64,000 nucleotides of DNA from NCBI GenBank assembly GCA_024679065.1, contig JAGIQG010000009.1:107446001-107510000 (forward strand), written 5' to 3'. The first letter of the stretch is position 1, and every line of letters starts with the position of its first letter. Of this stretch, positions 13,601-25,300 are shown one piece after another. Under the pieces are notes generated by a model. It ran no database searches, had not been told where the DNA came from, and saw only the letters and a list, made by a program, of their open reading frames with translations. The position numbers and the translations under genes are program-made. This DNA comes from Sphyrna mokarran. Lineage: Eukaryota.

Positions 13601-16600
13601 GAGTGGATATCGTAGGAATAATTAGTTTGATCGGTTATTGAAAAGCATAAATGTAAAGAAAGGCAGATAAATAGGAATGCACCTTTAACAGTTACCCGTG
13701 TGCCCATTCCTGTTCCTCTGCCAGAACGCATCGTATCCAGTTCACAATAATATATCCCGGAATCATTCCGATTTGCCTCCATGACTGTAATTTGGCTCTT
13801 GTGTAAAGTTCCTTCATGTTTCAGCAAAACTCGGCCTAAAAATTCTTCAGATGTGTTCGTAATCGAACTGTTTTCACGACCTAATGTTTGCTTGTACCAG
13901 CTGAATCCAAAGATTTCTGGCTCGTTAGACGCAGTAAATGTACAGAAGATTTGAAATTCCCCTCCTTCTACTAATGCGATAAACTCTGGGCTTTGAGTTA
14001 CGTTGACGTCGGCAATAGCAGCAGCTGTAATGCAGAGATTCCAGTTATACTTGTTAGACAAACCTGCTCCTCTCCTCAAACTACTGTAGAACATAGAACA
14101 TAGAACATAGAACATAGAACAATACAGCACAGAACAGGCCCTTCGGCCTTCGATGTTGTGCCGACCAAAATAAAAAGCAATGCCCCTCCAAACTAAACCA
14201 TTCCCTTCTCTTCCATATACTTATCAATTAACCTCTTAAACGCCACCAAACTTGGCGCATCTACAACAGCTGCAGGCAGGGCATTCCACTCCCTAATCAC
14301 TCTTTGAGTAAAGAACCTACCTCTGATATCCGTCCTATAACTCATACCCCTTAATTTAAAGCTGTGTCCCCTCGTGCTAGCTTTCTCCATCCTAGGAAAA
14401 AGGCTATCACTGTCCACCCTATCTAAACCTCTAATCATCTTATATGCTTCAATAAGATCCCCTCTTAGCCGCCTCCTTTCTAACGAAAACAACCTCAAAT
14501 CCTTCAACCTCTCTTCATAGGACCTGCCCTCCATACCAGGCAACATCCTGGTAAACCTCCTCTGTACCCTCTCCAATGCCTCCACATCTTTCTTATAATG
14601 TGGCGACCAGAACTGCACACAATACTCCAAGTGCGGCCGCACTAGAGTTTTGTACAGCTGCAACATGATGCTGCGGCTCCTAAATTCAATCCCCCTACCA
14701 ATAAAAGCTAAGACTCCATATGCCTTCTTAACAACTTTATCCACTTGACTGCCTACTTTCAGGGATCTATTGACACATACACCAAGATCCTTCTGTTCCT
14801 CAACACTATTAAGAGCCCTACCATTAGCCCTATACTCTACACATTTATTGTTCCTGCCAAAGTGCATTACCTCACAATGTCCTGGCACCTTGCCAATAAT
14901 TCATCTGCGGCTAATGGCAAATTCAAACAAAGAATCCCCACTCACATCCCTTGACCTTCAATACAAGATGACCGTTGAATTTTCTACTACGAATTACTCT
15001 GAAGTGAAGAGTTCTTTCTTCCCCTACAGCCTTTAAGCCTGAGCAATTTCGTGAGATCCACATCACATCCAAATTCGCATCTGAGCATGCGCATGCTGGA
15101 TATTGTCATCTCCTTAATGCCTATCGAGTCAGTCTGAGATTGTTAAAAGCTAATTCAAGTACAATACTGCGATTTCTGGAATTCTGACATAAAAGCACAA
15201 ATGCTGAATAAACTCAGCAGATCTGGCAGCATCTCTGGAGAGGGAAACAAGAGGTATCGTTGCGAGTCCAACGACGCCTCCTACAATGGACTAAAAACGC
15301 TCACTGTGTCGATTACCACAGATGCGGCCAGACCTGCTCAGTTTATCCAGAGTTTTCTGTTTTTATATGTGTTATAGGCCAGTGTTCAAGGTCGTGTTCG
15401 CAGAGATCTCCCGGCACTTCTCTAGTCATTTCATGAGTAGTGGTGGTGAACATGTTAGGAACAGCACCAGGCAACACTAAATGTCAGGTGCCAACCTGGT
15501 GTCGATACAGCACATGTAAGCTAAACGATAGAAACAGCATGTTATGAATATTGATCTATCCAAAACTAACGTTCTCATCCAACCTCCGCAGAGTGGCCGC
15601 AACCGGTAGTGAATGTTTGTGAGTGATTAAATAATTAACAGGAGAATGAGGTTCTATAAACCTCCCCCATCCTCAATACGGGAATCCGACGCTTGAGTAC
15701 AAAGGAATGAGCGGAACATTTGCAACCACTTTTAATCGGGCAGTACCGCAGGATAGGGTTAGCACTGTTGCTGCTTCACAACGCTAGGGACTCGGGTTGG
15801 ATTCCCGACGCGGGTCATTGTCTATGTGGAGTCTGCACATCCTCCCCACATCTGCTTGGGTTTCCACAGGTACTCCGGTTTTCTCCCACATCTGAAAGAC
15901 GTGCTAGCTAGATGCATTGACCTGAACAGGCGCTGGACTGTGAGAACTAGAGGAATTTCAGAGTAACTTCATTGTAGTATTAATGTACTTGTGTCTAAAA
16001 AAATAAGGATCTGTTGAGAGTGGATGATCCATCCCGGCTTGTTGCTGACGTTCACAAAATCGGAGATTTTGCTACAAATTACTCGATTCACTTCACGTAA
16101 CAAGAAGTTGCCGAAATCCCAGAATACAGCACAAGATGTGAGATCTGATCACATTCATAGTGCACAACTATTGATTTGTGTCCAGTACTGATTATACTAC
16201 AAGAACACAGGAATCGTCAACAGGCGTAGGCTACTCGACGTTTCGAACCTTCCCCATCATTCAATCATACATAGGCTAATCTAAGGATGGATTGAACAGC
16301 ACGTTATTGTCTGTCCATCGTAGCCCGTGACTCACTCAGTGATCAATAGTATGTCAACGTGAGCCTAGAACATAATCAATGACACATACTCTGGAGGATA
16401 GAATTTCACAGATTAGAGCTCGTCTGAGAAAAGATAATGTTATCCTTGCTCAGAATCGTAGATTCAGAGGAGGCTATTCAGCCCATCGAGTCGACACTGA
16501 CTCTCCTGCAGAACATTTTATCCTAGCCCTCTTTCCTGTTAGACCTCCGTAACTCCCCACATTTCCCATGGCTAATCCATCCTTAAAAGAAAAGGGCATC

Positions 16601-16893
16601 AGACGCTTGGTAATTCCAGTACATTTTTCCCCCACCCTGGCTTGGACATATAGACCGATTGTACTGCTTAGAAACCCTGGAACACCTTCCTAAAACACAG
16701 TGTGTGTTCTTACATCAAAAAGAACTGTAGCAGCTTACGTTAACAGTTCACCAACAACTTCTCAAGGACAATTGGTCGACAATAAATGTTGTCCATTTCG
16801 GTGAAGCCCACTTCCCATTAACAAATGTAACAAGAAATGCAAGTAAGTTCAAGACTTACCAGAAATTAGCAGTACACCCGTAACTGGGTACAT
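1387..16893 (-). CDS. Gene A: NKp30/NCR3-like single V(J)-domain receptor, inhibitory type (3 ITIMs); join(16860-16893,13683-14024,6678-6806,4864-4895,1387-1629), ~259 aa
   Basis: GT-AG exons with compatible phases (1,1,1,0) total 780 nt in one open frame: MYPVTGVLLISAAAIA|DVNVTQSP...YYCELDTMRSGRGTGMGTRVTVK-GRAENKEEASTHKLITLPSTLVAITLVLLLIAILIFLSRSKGQ-DRTPTTRNEAQ-GDTSNNVIYADL...VVYAVV...VVYGVVRAPARQ*. The model requires skipping the stop-containing V exon at 10667-11008. Confidence 0.75.
1735..2450 (+). mobile_element. Solo LTR (TG...CA, 4-bp TSD GATG)
   Basis: TGTTGC...TATAACA termini, GATG at 1731-1734 and 2451-2454, internal TATAAAA (~1979) and AATAAA (~2268). Confidence 0.7.
2592..2962 (+). 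mobile_element. Ancient SINE, probably SacSINE1/Deu-domain type
   Basis: Core CCTTTTAGGGAAG.AAACCTGCCATCCTTA.CCGGTCT.G.CTACATGTGACT.CAGA.CCACAG recurs at ~27902-28306(+), 18425-18735(-), 43890-44225(-), 56140-56458(-) and 61806-62240(+); family name is from recall. Confidence 0.55.
3625..4000 (-). mobile_element. HE1-like SINE with CR1-type (ATTCTATG) tail
   Basis: tRNA head plus a GGCCTCCTT..CACTGTAG.GATTCTATGATT tail. Related copies: ~8890-9208, 11915-12222, 17780-18245, 23610-23860, 28990-29338, 37940-38250, 43383-43700, 48674-48925, 51925-52218, 55670-55932 (all -); 21305-21590, 32350-32650, 45795-46092, 60676-60965 (all +). Confidence 0.8.
4007..4700 (-). pseudogene. Rearranged U1 pseudogene paralog (pieces 4007-4077, 4621-4698; inverted 5' end 4606-4620)
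   Basis: Same U1 sequence as 29340-29499, split by an inverted CR1 fragment. Confidence 0.75.
4864..4895 (-). CDS. Gene A 32-nt cytoplasmic exon (DRTPTTRNEAQ)
   Basis: TTTTGCAG acceptor, CAG|GTAAGA donor; conserved at 32736-32767; supplies the phase 1-to-0 bridge the model needs. Confidence 0.78.
6678..6806 (-). CDS. Gene A stalk/uncharged transmembrane exon
   Basis: CCACAG acceptor, CAAG|GTAATT donor, 129 nt, phase 1-1; LITLPSTLVAITLVLLLIAILIFL has no charged residue. Confidence 0.85.
9420..9860 (-). mobile_element. Degraded L2-clade LINE 3' fragment (paralogs ~12420-12900, ~38440-38870, ~52420-52830)
   Basis: DFEIFIFVFKSLH resembles the L2 RT C-terminal motif (DFKILLLVFKSLHG). Confidence 0.55.
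10667..11008 (-). pseudogene. Duplicated V exon in gene A with in-frame stop
   Basis: 342 nt with intact splice sites, but TAA at 10800-10802 (GRVLLI*GQSSNGGHITV) and a degenerate G strand (GKESRRATRVTVK). Confidence 0.88.
13683..14024 (-). CDS. Gene A Ig V-set exon with germline-joined J-like G strand (NKp30-like)
   Basis: 342 nt, TTACAG acceptor, AAAG|GTGCAT donor; canonical Cys, WYKQ, DSGIYYC and GTGMGTRVTV motifs. Confidence 0.9.
14088..14877 (-). mobile_element. Young 5'-truncated CR1-clade LINE (RT C-terminus plus (TTCTATG)n tail)
   Basis: Uninterrupted ORF ...LYKTLVRPHLEYCVQFWSPHYKKDVEALERVQRRFTRM...; absent at the three paralogous sites; flanked by TGT/TGT. Confidence 0.93.
15188..15366. 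mobile_element. Degenerate hairpin (MITE-like, probably Penelope-derived); paralogs ~40400-40580 and ~54250-54425
   Basis: ATAAAAGCACAAATGCTGAATAAACTCAGCAGATCTGGCAGCATCT is imperfectly inverted to AGATGCGGCCAGACCTGCTCAGTTTATCCAGAGTTTTCTGTTTTTAT. Confidence 0.6.
16860..16893 (-). CDS. Gene A leader exon (MYPVTGVLLIS)
   Basis: ATG at 16893, phase-1 donor G|GTAAGT, upstream acceptor CATTCACAG at 16907; paralogs at 42450 and 54743. Confidence 0.85.
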
Positions 16894-19319
16894 CTTTCAA
16901 TTTTGCCTGTGAATGCAATAGGGAAGACAAGAGTTGAAACGACAATTTTTATTTGCATTCAGTTTTGCAGCTACAATTAAACGTTCTTTACATGTGACAA
17001 TGTATGCCTTTGCTCAACGCTTTATCTCCAATTTGGTCATTCATTTGTTTACAAATTTAGTGTTACGTTTATGGAGACGAAATTTTGCGACGTACCTATA
17101 CTGGTCTGCCTTAGATTAGAGACAAACCTGCACAATCACAGGTAGGAAATGATGACACGCCAGAAGGGGCCCAATCAAACACGAGCTGAATGGGCCGAAT
17201 GGTTTGTTTTCTAAACATAATTTAGACAAGAATCTACCATTCCTAGGATATGCATTATAGGTAGGACAATGAAAAGAGAACGCACACAACTTTATACCAC
17301 ATATGTTTTTCATGATATTGTAAGACTGTCGAGCTGAAAGCTCAGCAATATACGGATTGACCGTTTTTAGCCTACACTGAGTTAAGAATGAGAGATGATG
17401 TCCTTGAACGTATTCGATCGGAGGGAGCATGACAGGCCGCAAAATGACAAGATGCTTTTACTTCTGGAAAAATCTTGTGGTAAACGACGCAGTTTTAAGA
17501 TAAGGTGATGCTTGAGGCAGAGAAAATGAGCATTGCACCTCCCTCCATACCCCGCCCAGAGTGATCTTAGTATATGAAATTGCCAAAAAACAATGGAGGC
17601 TGGATCGTTGAATTCAATCAAATGAGAGTTAGGGGGTTTTAGATAGATAAGCGAGTCAGAGGCTTTCGGGGAAGGGCGGCAATGTGGAGTTGAGACTCCT
17701 ATCAAGGTTGGGCACGAACTTATTGAATTGTGCAGCAGTTTCGAATGGCTGAATAGTGCATTTTTGCTCCTGGATCTTATCATAGAATCCCTACAGAGCA
17801 GAAGGAGGCCTATTCAGCATACACTGCTTCTCCTTCCAAGAAACTCTCATAGAATCATAGAAACCCTACAGTGCCCAAAGAAATAATTTGGCCCAACAAG
17901 TCTGCACCGACCACAATCCCACTCAGGTTCTATCCCCTTATCCCTAGATGTTTACCCACTAATCCCTCTAATATATGCATCCCAGGACACCAAGGTGCAG
18001 TTTGTACGTAGCTAATCAACTTAATCAGCACATCTTTGAACTCCTTGCCCGCCGTGTCCTCATACCTCGACACATTTACCATAGCTAATTCACCTAACCT
18101 GTACATCTTTGCGGGAGGAACTTGGAGAATCCAGAGGAAACCTACTCAAAAGCACGCACGTTCCACTCAGACAATCACCCAAGGCCGGAATTGAGACCGG
18201 ATTCCTAGCGCTGTGAGGCAGTAGGCAAAAGATTGGGCCACTGTGCCATTATGCTTAACTGGACGAACATTTCATATCGAACGGTGTTTTCAACATCCAG
18301 ATATAGTGTCAAAATAGCAGAAATTGTTCTCCTTGTTATTCTTCTGATAATTTTCTTAAAATTCCTTATATTCATCTGAAAGGGCAGAAACGTCCTCGAT
18401 TCAGTCGTATATCTGAAAAAGGACACTTTTTTTTTGCTGTGGACATCACTGGCTGGGCCAGCATTTATTGTCTTTCTCTAACTGTCCTAAATTTCAGGGG
18501 ACATTTAAGATCAACAACGTTGCTGTGAGTCTAAAATGTAGGCCGGACCGGGGAAGGATGGCAGATTTCCTTCCCAAAAGGACATTAGTGAGCCAGAACG
18601 TGCTTTGACGACAATCGATAATGGTTTCACGATTAACGTCAGAGTTTTAATTCCAGATTAGTGAATTCAAGTTTCACCCCTGGCGTGGGGGCTTCTGAAC
18701 CCAGGCCCACAGATAACGTCCTGAGTTACGAGTCGAGTTCGCCTATCCCCGACACACGAAACTTCCTTAGAATATTTGTTGCCTTGAATTTTGTGACCAA
18801 GTGGGACTTCAACCCATTTAGCGTCCCATTCAGCAGTGAGAGGTTTTGAAACCATAACTTGTGGCGAATATTCAATTCTAGCGAGTTCAATAGGCCCGAC
18901 TATCCGCCACGTGGTACAGAAGTGGACTTATGTAATTCCATGTATTCTGTGTCCCAGATTTTTGTTTATTTCCTTTATTGTAGGTTCGAGACCAAGGGCG
19001 CATTAGAGAGGCTTCGTGAGATGGTCTTGGCACCCGGAACTCTTGTAAGATATGTTATAACGGGGATCTAAAGGAGAGTCACATGCTGGAAAGACAAAGA
19101 CCAAGGCAACAACAACTGTGTCCTCATGCTGAGTTGGGGGCGAAGTGTGGTGCAAATTAGAGACAAGGAAATGATGATGGCCACGTAGAGCTGAAGGAAC
19201 ATTTTTGGGTTATGGGCAGACTTAAAAAAAGGGCGCCGAATTTCTGATTCGAGTTATTGGTGAACCGAGGTGCAGTAAAAGTCAATACAGAGCGGAATCC
19301 GAAAAGTCAAAGCTGCTGC

Positions 19320-19326
<7 letters not shown>

Positions 19327-19362
<36 letters not shown>

Positions 19363-19380
19363 TGTGTGTGTGTGTGTGTG
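19327..19380. repeat. (TG)n microsatellite
   Basis: Seen directly in the sequence. Confidence 0.97.
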
Positions 19381-20154
19381 CCCATATTAATTTATGGGGT
19401 ATGGGTGATTCTGACAAGACCACCATTTCTTACCCACTCCTAATAGCCTTTTAAAGGGTGATAGGATTAGTTTGCTCATATTTGCATGAGTATTTAGCGT
19501 TGACTTGTAACAGAAATTAACAGTCATAAAATGAAAGCACGAACAGTAGAAATATACCAATTAAGGAAGAATTAAGGCTTCGTGTGAAGGTGACTAATAA
19601 TGGCTAATGCTCAGAATAGGAGGCACACAGACTCGATAAGTTAACTGTATTTTCCTCTCTCCACAGATGATGCCAGACCCGCTGAGTTTTTTTCGGCACT
19701 TTCTGTTTTTATTTTATATTTTTAGCATCCGTAGTATTTTAATTTTAATGTTCCGGGAATTTAGTAACAGCTTATATTCAATAAATTAAGTAGAACAATT
19801 TAAAATGTAACGCTTTCAGTTGTGATGACCATAAATCTGTCTCCCTATTCTCGTTAAAATCCATCTACATTACCAATGTCGGTTGGGGAATTAAATCCAC
19901 CATATTTGGCCTTCCTTATCTCCATGTTAGTCGAAACCCTTCGAATTTTGTTTGACTCTTAAGTTCCCTTTGAGATGGCCTCGTGAGCCTCTCACTCCAG
20001 TGGAAATTACGAATGAGCAACAAATGCTGGCCTTACCTTCTACTTCTCTCTATTTTAAAAATCGAAGTTAACGATGAGAACAGTAAAAAGAGATGCAGTT
20101 ACATTCTGAACATGACTTCCGTTTTACTCAGGAACAGAACGATAAAACACTTAC

Positions 20155-20253
20155 TTTAACTTGATGGAGAAGTTTACAATTGACTTCTGCAATTAATTTT
20201 CGCCTATATTGTAAAAAAGTTGTTTGTAGAACAAATACAGGAAGCATGACGTC
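20155..20253 (-). promoter_or_regulatory. Putative promoter and non-coding first exon of gene A (ETS GGAAG plus CRE-like TGACGTC; donor at 20154)
   Basis: The leader exon has an acceptor 13 nt before the ATG, so an upstream exon must exist. The GTAAGT donor and the GGAAG(C/T)ATGACGTCT motif are conserved in all three genes. Confidence 0.45.
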
Positions 20254-23042
20254 TTACAGCAATTAACGAAGCGTGTCAGCATTTTCTTGAAGAACAAGAA
20301 AGCAGGATTAGGAACTGAAACTCACAGCAAGTGCAGACAACACGGCCTAATAATTCCATAGGGAATATCACTGAACAGATTAGAATAGGATCCGGGTCCC
20401 CTAGAGCGATTAAAATCATTCCAAGCAATAAGTGACATTGACACCGGTTAGGTACATTGGCCATGCTAAATCCTCCATCAGTGTACCCAAACAGCTTCTA
20501 GAGAGTGGCGATTTTCACAGTAAATTCATTGTTGATTTAGTCCATATAATCATTTGTTTCATTCATGTTGTTGCTAGATACATACGTATCGATGCACTTG
20601 ACTATTTAAACACAGTGAAAATATAGATTGCCACTCCTTTTGTCATTTCAGTCTCCAAGTATTTGTCAGTATGTTGTTGCAAGTTTCATTGCTTTGATAG
20701 TTCAAGAGTTGACTGAATCCTCGTGGAATGGTCGAAGTAGCCAGATCTGAGATCAGAAACTGCCGTTACCATGAGAAACAGAGATAGTGAGGATCCTTGT
20801 TTGTATTTTATGAAAAGCTGTGCTGTGATAGTTTATAAAAATGGATAACCTTAAAGCCTCGCCCTCTGCAAGGATACGAATGAGGAGCAGGAGTAGGCCA
20901 TTCGGCCGCCTTGAGCCTGCTCCATCACTGCATAAAATCATGGTTTATCTGCTTGTAGTCTCAGCTCCACATTCCACCCACCAGCGTTAACGCTTGTCTG
21001 CTTTGTTAGCATCGACCTAAATTAGACTTAAGATTATCCATTAACTCTACATTCACTGCTCTCAAGGTAAAGAGTTGTGGAGACTGACGAGCCTCTGAGA
21101 GAATACAAAATCTTCTCCTCCCCACCTGGAATGTGAGACTACTTATTTTTAACCTCTAACGTCTAATTCTGGTCTCTCCCACAAGCAAAATCATCCTTTC
21201 AGTCTCCATTCGGTCAAATCCCCGCATGATCTTACGTCTTTTAATAGGGGCACATTGAAATTGCCACATTTTTTTCTAAATTCGAACTGTCACAGAACTG
21301 ATGCAATGTTTAGTGACAGGGAAGCGGGTTCAACTCCAGCCTCGGGTCACCTTCGGTGACAAACTTACACGTTCTTTTCTGCACGGGTTTCCTAGAGTGC
21401 TCCGGCTCCTTCTCACAGTCCAAAGATGTGTGGATTAGGTTCATTGGCCATGCTAAATTGCCCCTTCATGTTAGGAAATTAGCAGGGCAAATGCTTGGTG
21501 CTGGCGGAATAGAACCTTGATGCGATTGTTATCGTTGCAGGCTCGATGGGCCAAATGGTCTCCTTCTGCACAGCAGAGAATCTATGATTCTACGAATTGA
21601 ATTCTATTATCCCACACTTACGTTCCACAGTACTTCTTCTGCTTGCTATAAAACAATAGATTTAGACACGCGGAAGTCCCGTTCACTCAACCTCACCTGT
21701 CCACAAATAGTGCAGAATCTGAAAAGGTTTATTTTGTAAATACATGGGACTTTTCATCAATTCCACGAAGAATAATTAATTCCCATAAAAGGAAGTCTTT
21801 GTCTGCAATGTAGTTTTAATACTGCACGTAGAAAATCTTCACTGAATAGATCTAGTGTAATTTCCTATTGCTTCAACAATTTGCCTAAATACTGAGTTCA
21901 CTTTGATGAACGGTGCTTACAGGGCTAAATGCAGTGCTGGTTGCATATTGGAGTTATAGACCGAAGCGTAGTTTGCTAAATTAGGATTATCTTCAACGTA
22001 ATTGAATACGGCAATACACAATTTCGTTTTGTGTTCACAGAGGTCTAATTTCCCTTGCCCTGCACAGAGAGAAGACTCATAATGTGCATTTACGTCAGCA
22101 GGCAAAATGAAGAAGTTTAATTACACCTCCCAAACAGAGAGGGCAGCCGAAAAGGCAGCTGCACAATGGACTACATTCTGTACAATTGAACTGGCAAAGA
22201 CAGCCTTTGTATGAGAACTACTTTAAGGTTCACAAGACTCATCATAAGGTGTGGTGGGCTGCATGAATGAAGGCTCACAAAGTCATAGGTCTAGTCTGGT
22301 TAAAAACACGAATCTAACTCAAGGAATAATATCAGCACAATGAACTTATATTCATACCAGCTGCTTGTACAACATGGCAACATTAGAGTGGTGTATGATT
22401 AGTTTGCTTTGAGTTGACTGTTCTTCTGTATGTTTAATCAAATAAAAAATGCACTGATAATAATAGAAGGCTGCTAATGTACTTTTTTAAAGTCTTTATG
22501 GACGACACTGACATAGAAAGGAGCCGATTGTTCATATTTATTACTAAACCTAATCCGGAAATGATCATTCTTTATTTACATTATAATCCAGGTTTAAAAT
22601 TCAAAAGGGTTTTAAGATGTCAGTCGAGATCATTGAGGTTTGGCACAGTTAAGATGTTTCACTACAGGTATGATTAACATGACCCACTAAGGAACTTCTT
22701 TAAAAACAAAGTTTATTTCAGAATATAGATATATACATAGAGGAAAATAAGCAATTACAATTAAAAATAAGAAAAATAAACCATGATATCCTATAAATCT
22801 TAACAGCTACGAATACTGTTTCAGCACAGCATTCTTACAAACACGCTCCCCCAGTTGAATGTTAGCACAAAAGATGCATATGCTCACGTGATACTGGATC
22901 CTGTGTCTCAAGCAACATTAAAAGATGTCACTACAGACTTCACGGTGCCAATTGCAAAATAAATAAAAAAGAGCAGGCTTGTTTTCAAACTGCAGAGAAC
23001 ATGATTAAAAGTTCAATTCTTAAAGACATAGCACCATGTATG

Positions 23043-23250
23043 TTCCATCAGAATGTTGTGATGTAGAGATGCCGGCGTTGGACTGGGGTAGTAAGAACTC
23101 AGTAAGAATTTAGCAACACCAATTTTAAATCCAACCGATTTACTTGATAGTAAATTTGCGAGCTTTCAACACTCGTGTGCCTTCGTCAGGCATTTAAATC
23201 CAATCGGTTGGATTTAAAATTGGTGTTGCTAAATTCCATCAGAATGTTGT
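23043..23250. mobile_element. Small palindromic insertion with a perfect 34-bp inverted repeat and 17-bp flanking direct repeats
   Basis: IR at 23107-23140 and 23202-23235; TTCCATCAGAATGTTGT at 23043 and 23234; empty site in the paralog (~47845). Confidence 0.75.
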
Positions 23251-24819
23251 CAGATATGACCAACCTCTGTGTAACTGCCTGTGTAAGCCACTTTTGTTTT
23301 ATGTAAGCTGTTTAGATTAACTTGAATGGAGAACTATAAATTCACAGGTGATGGACAGATTCCAGGAAACATCGGACAGGCGGACTGACCGAACGACAGA
23401 TATTTGAATTATTGAATAAATGTCCTGGCATCATTTCCAATATATGTCGAGGAAAAATGAATTAAGCATAAACCTTCAGACAAACATTGCGAATTTTATG
23501 AATTACGAGTTAGAATTTTACATATAGTCCAATTAGAATCAATTTCATGTTGTTTAGTTTTGATCTAAGCTACAGTTTGTTTCTGTGCGCATATGCGTTA
23601 GGAAATCTTTAGAATCATAGAAACCCTCTAGTATTCGCCCCATCTGCAACGACTCTCTGAAACAGCAATCACCAAGATTCACTTCCCATAAACCCAAGTA
23701 TTTACCAAGCCACCTAATTTCCATATCTATGTAAACTGAGGGCCAATTTAGCATGACCAATCAGCCTGACCTCCGCATTTTTGGACTGTTGCAGGATAGC
23801 GTGCAAACTCCACACTGTTACCCAAATCCGGATGACCATTGTCCCACCGTACCATCATGTTAGCATACCTTTGATAACTCAAAATGACAAGGGGTAGGGA
23901 GAGACAAACACAACTATTACAAGTTAATGATCGCGTATCGAATCGCTAGAATCGGAATTTGAACTACGGAGCTGCATACATTGTATATTTTACAGCGATA
24001 TTTGCATTGAATGATAATGAAGGAGAAAACACAATAAATGTTCGCTTATAATGTGATAGATCTTCCGCTTGTGCCTTCACGTGGTTTGCTGTTCCTTATA
24101 CGTTTGACATTATCTGATTCTTGTCATCTTTTCCCGTCTTCCCTGGGGGAAAAATACGACATGGTGTAAGAGCGTTAACACTATCGATGTCAGTTTTGTT
24201 TTTTTCGGAAATTAGGAGGTAAAATTACTTAACTTTGGATATATAAAATCTGCAATCACAGTGCCATCTAATGGACTTTCTACAATAAATCAGAATACAA
24301 TGTTTTATTAGTAAACCACTTAAATATAAAAGGAGTGGGGGGAGAGGGGCGGCAGGAGAGATAATAAATGGCACATGATCAATCCCCGAACACAAGTGAC
24401 TTTGGGACACACTGTACATGCTTCTCCCCGTTTGCATTTAACAACCAGAGCCTTGAGCAGCACGGTGGCATCGTGGTTAGCACTGCTACCTCAGATAAGC
24501 AGGGATCCGAGTTAGATTCTTGGCTTGGATCACTGTCCGTATGGAGCTTTCACATCCTCTGCATGTCAGCGTGACTTTCCTCTGGATGTTCCAGTTTCCT
24601 TCTACAGTCCGAAAGACATGCTGGTTAGGGGCTTCGGCCACGCTAAATTCTCGCTCAGTGTACCCCGACCAGACACTGTAGTGTGGCGAATAGGGGCTTC
24701 AATGTCGTGCTGGATCCACTTGTGACGCCCATAAAATAAAATAAATCACTCCTGCTGCCACTTTATAATCAACTACAAATATAATTTGATCACAATGTCA
24801 ATCGGTTTAGTTTAACTTT

Positions 24820-25005
24820 TTACCTTGGGATGCCTGCCAGCCGTGCTAGCTTCTTCATGCTCTGAGTGAGAAGCTTAGGAGAACCTGGAAACTCGCAGCA
24901 ATATACAAGATATATCGTTATCATGATTAACACTGCAAAGCCTCACTCCCAACACAATCAGTTGCCTTTGCAGCGAACGTCCGGTGCCGTCGTGCTGCTC
25001 CCGGC
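24820..25005 (-). pseudogene. Orphan frameshifted copy of the activating TM exon
   Basis: Paralog of 50262-50455 (GREQHDGTGRSLQRQLIVLGVRL...) with an 8-nt deletion just after the TM Arg; it has no leader or V exon of its own. Confidence 0.8.
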
Positions 25006-25109
25006 CTGCAGAGAACAATAGCAATCCTTTTTACTCATTTCACACATTCAGCTTATCGAAGTAGTCACAAATTGTATTACCAATTTCTTGTGTACTGGTG
25101 CACCGCAGG

Positions 25110-25300
25110 TTGTTCATAGCCTATTGCATCCAAAGTTGGATGCCTCGGAAAAGCAGCCAGCATAATTAAGGACCTCAGACACCCGGAACATATTTTCCTC
25201 CACCTTCTTCCGTTGGAAGAAAGATTTTTAAAAGTCTAAGATAACGTACAGCAGAGTCAAGAACAGCTTCTTCCATGTTGCCATTGGAATTTTGAACGGA
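25110..25300 (+). mobile_element. Rex1/Babar LINE 3' fragment (paralog ~50570-50745)
   Basis: CLGKAASIIKD..HP...HLLPLE...NSFF..AI..LN pattern of the Rex RT C-terminus. Confidence 0.55.

Noticed and set aside
14088-14120. CRISPR-like or other prokaryotic repeat array
   Set aside because: This is a spacer-less 7-mer LINE tail in eukaryotic, intron-containing DNA.
13585-14130. ORF-track N-termini of the V ORFs (…LRRGAGLSNKYNW…)
   Set aside because: These are intronic sequence upstream of the acceptor (partly LINE tail); the true leaders are separate exons.
24455-24745. tRNA genes suggested by A/B boxes
   Set aside because: They are heads of tRNA-derived SINEs present in many decayed copies.
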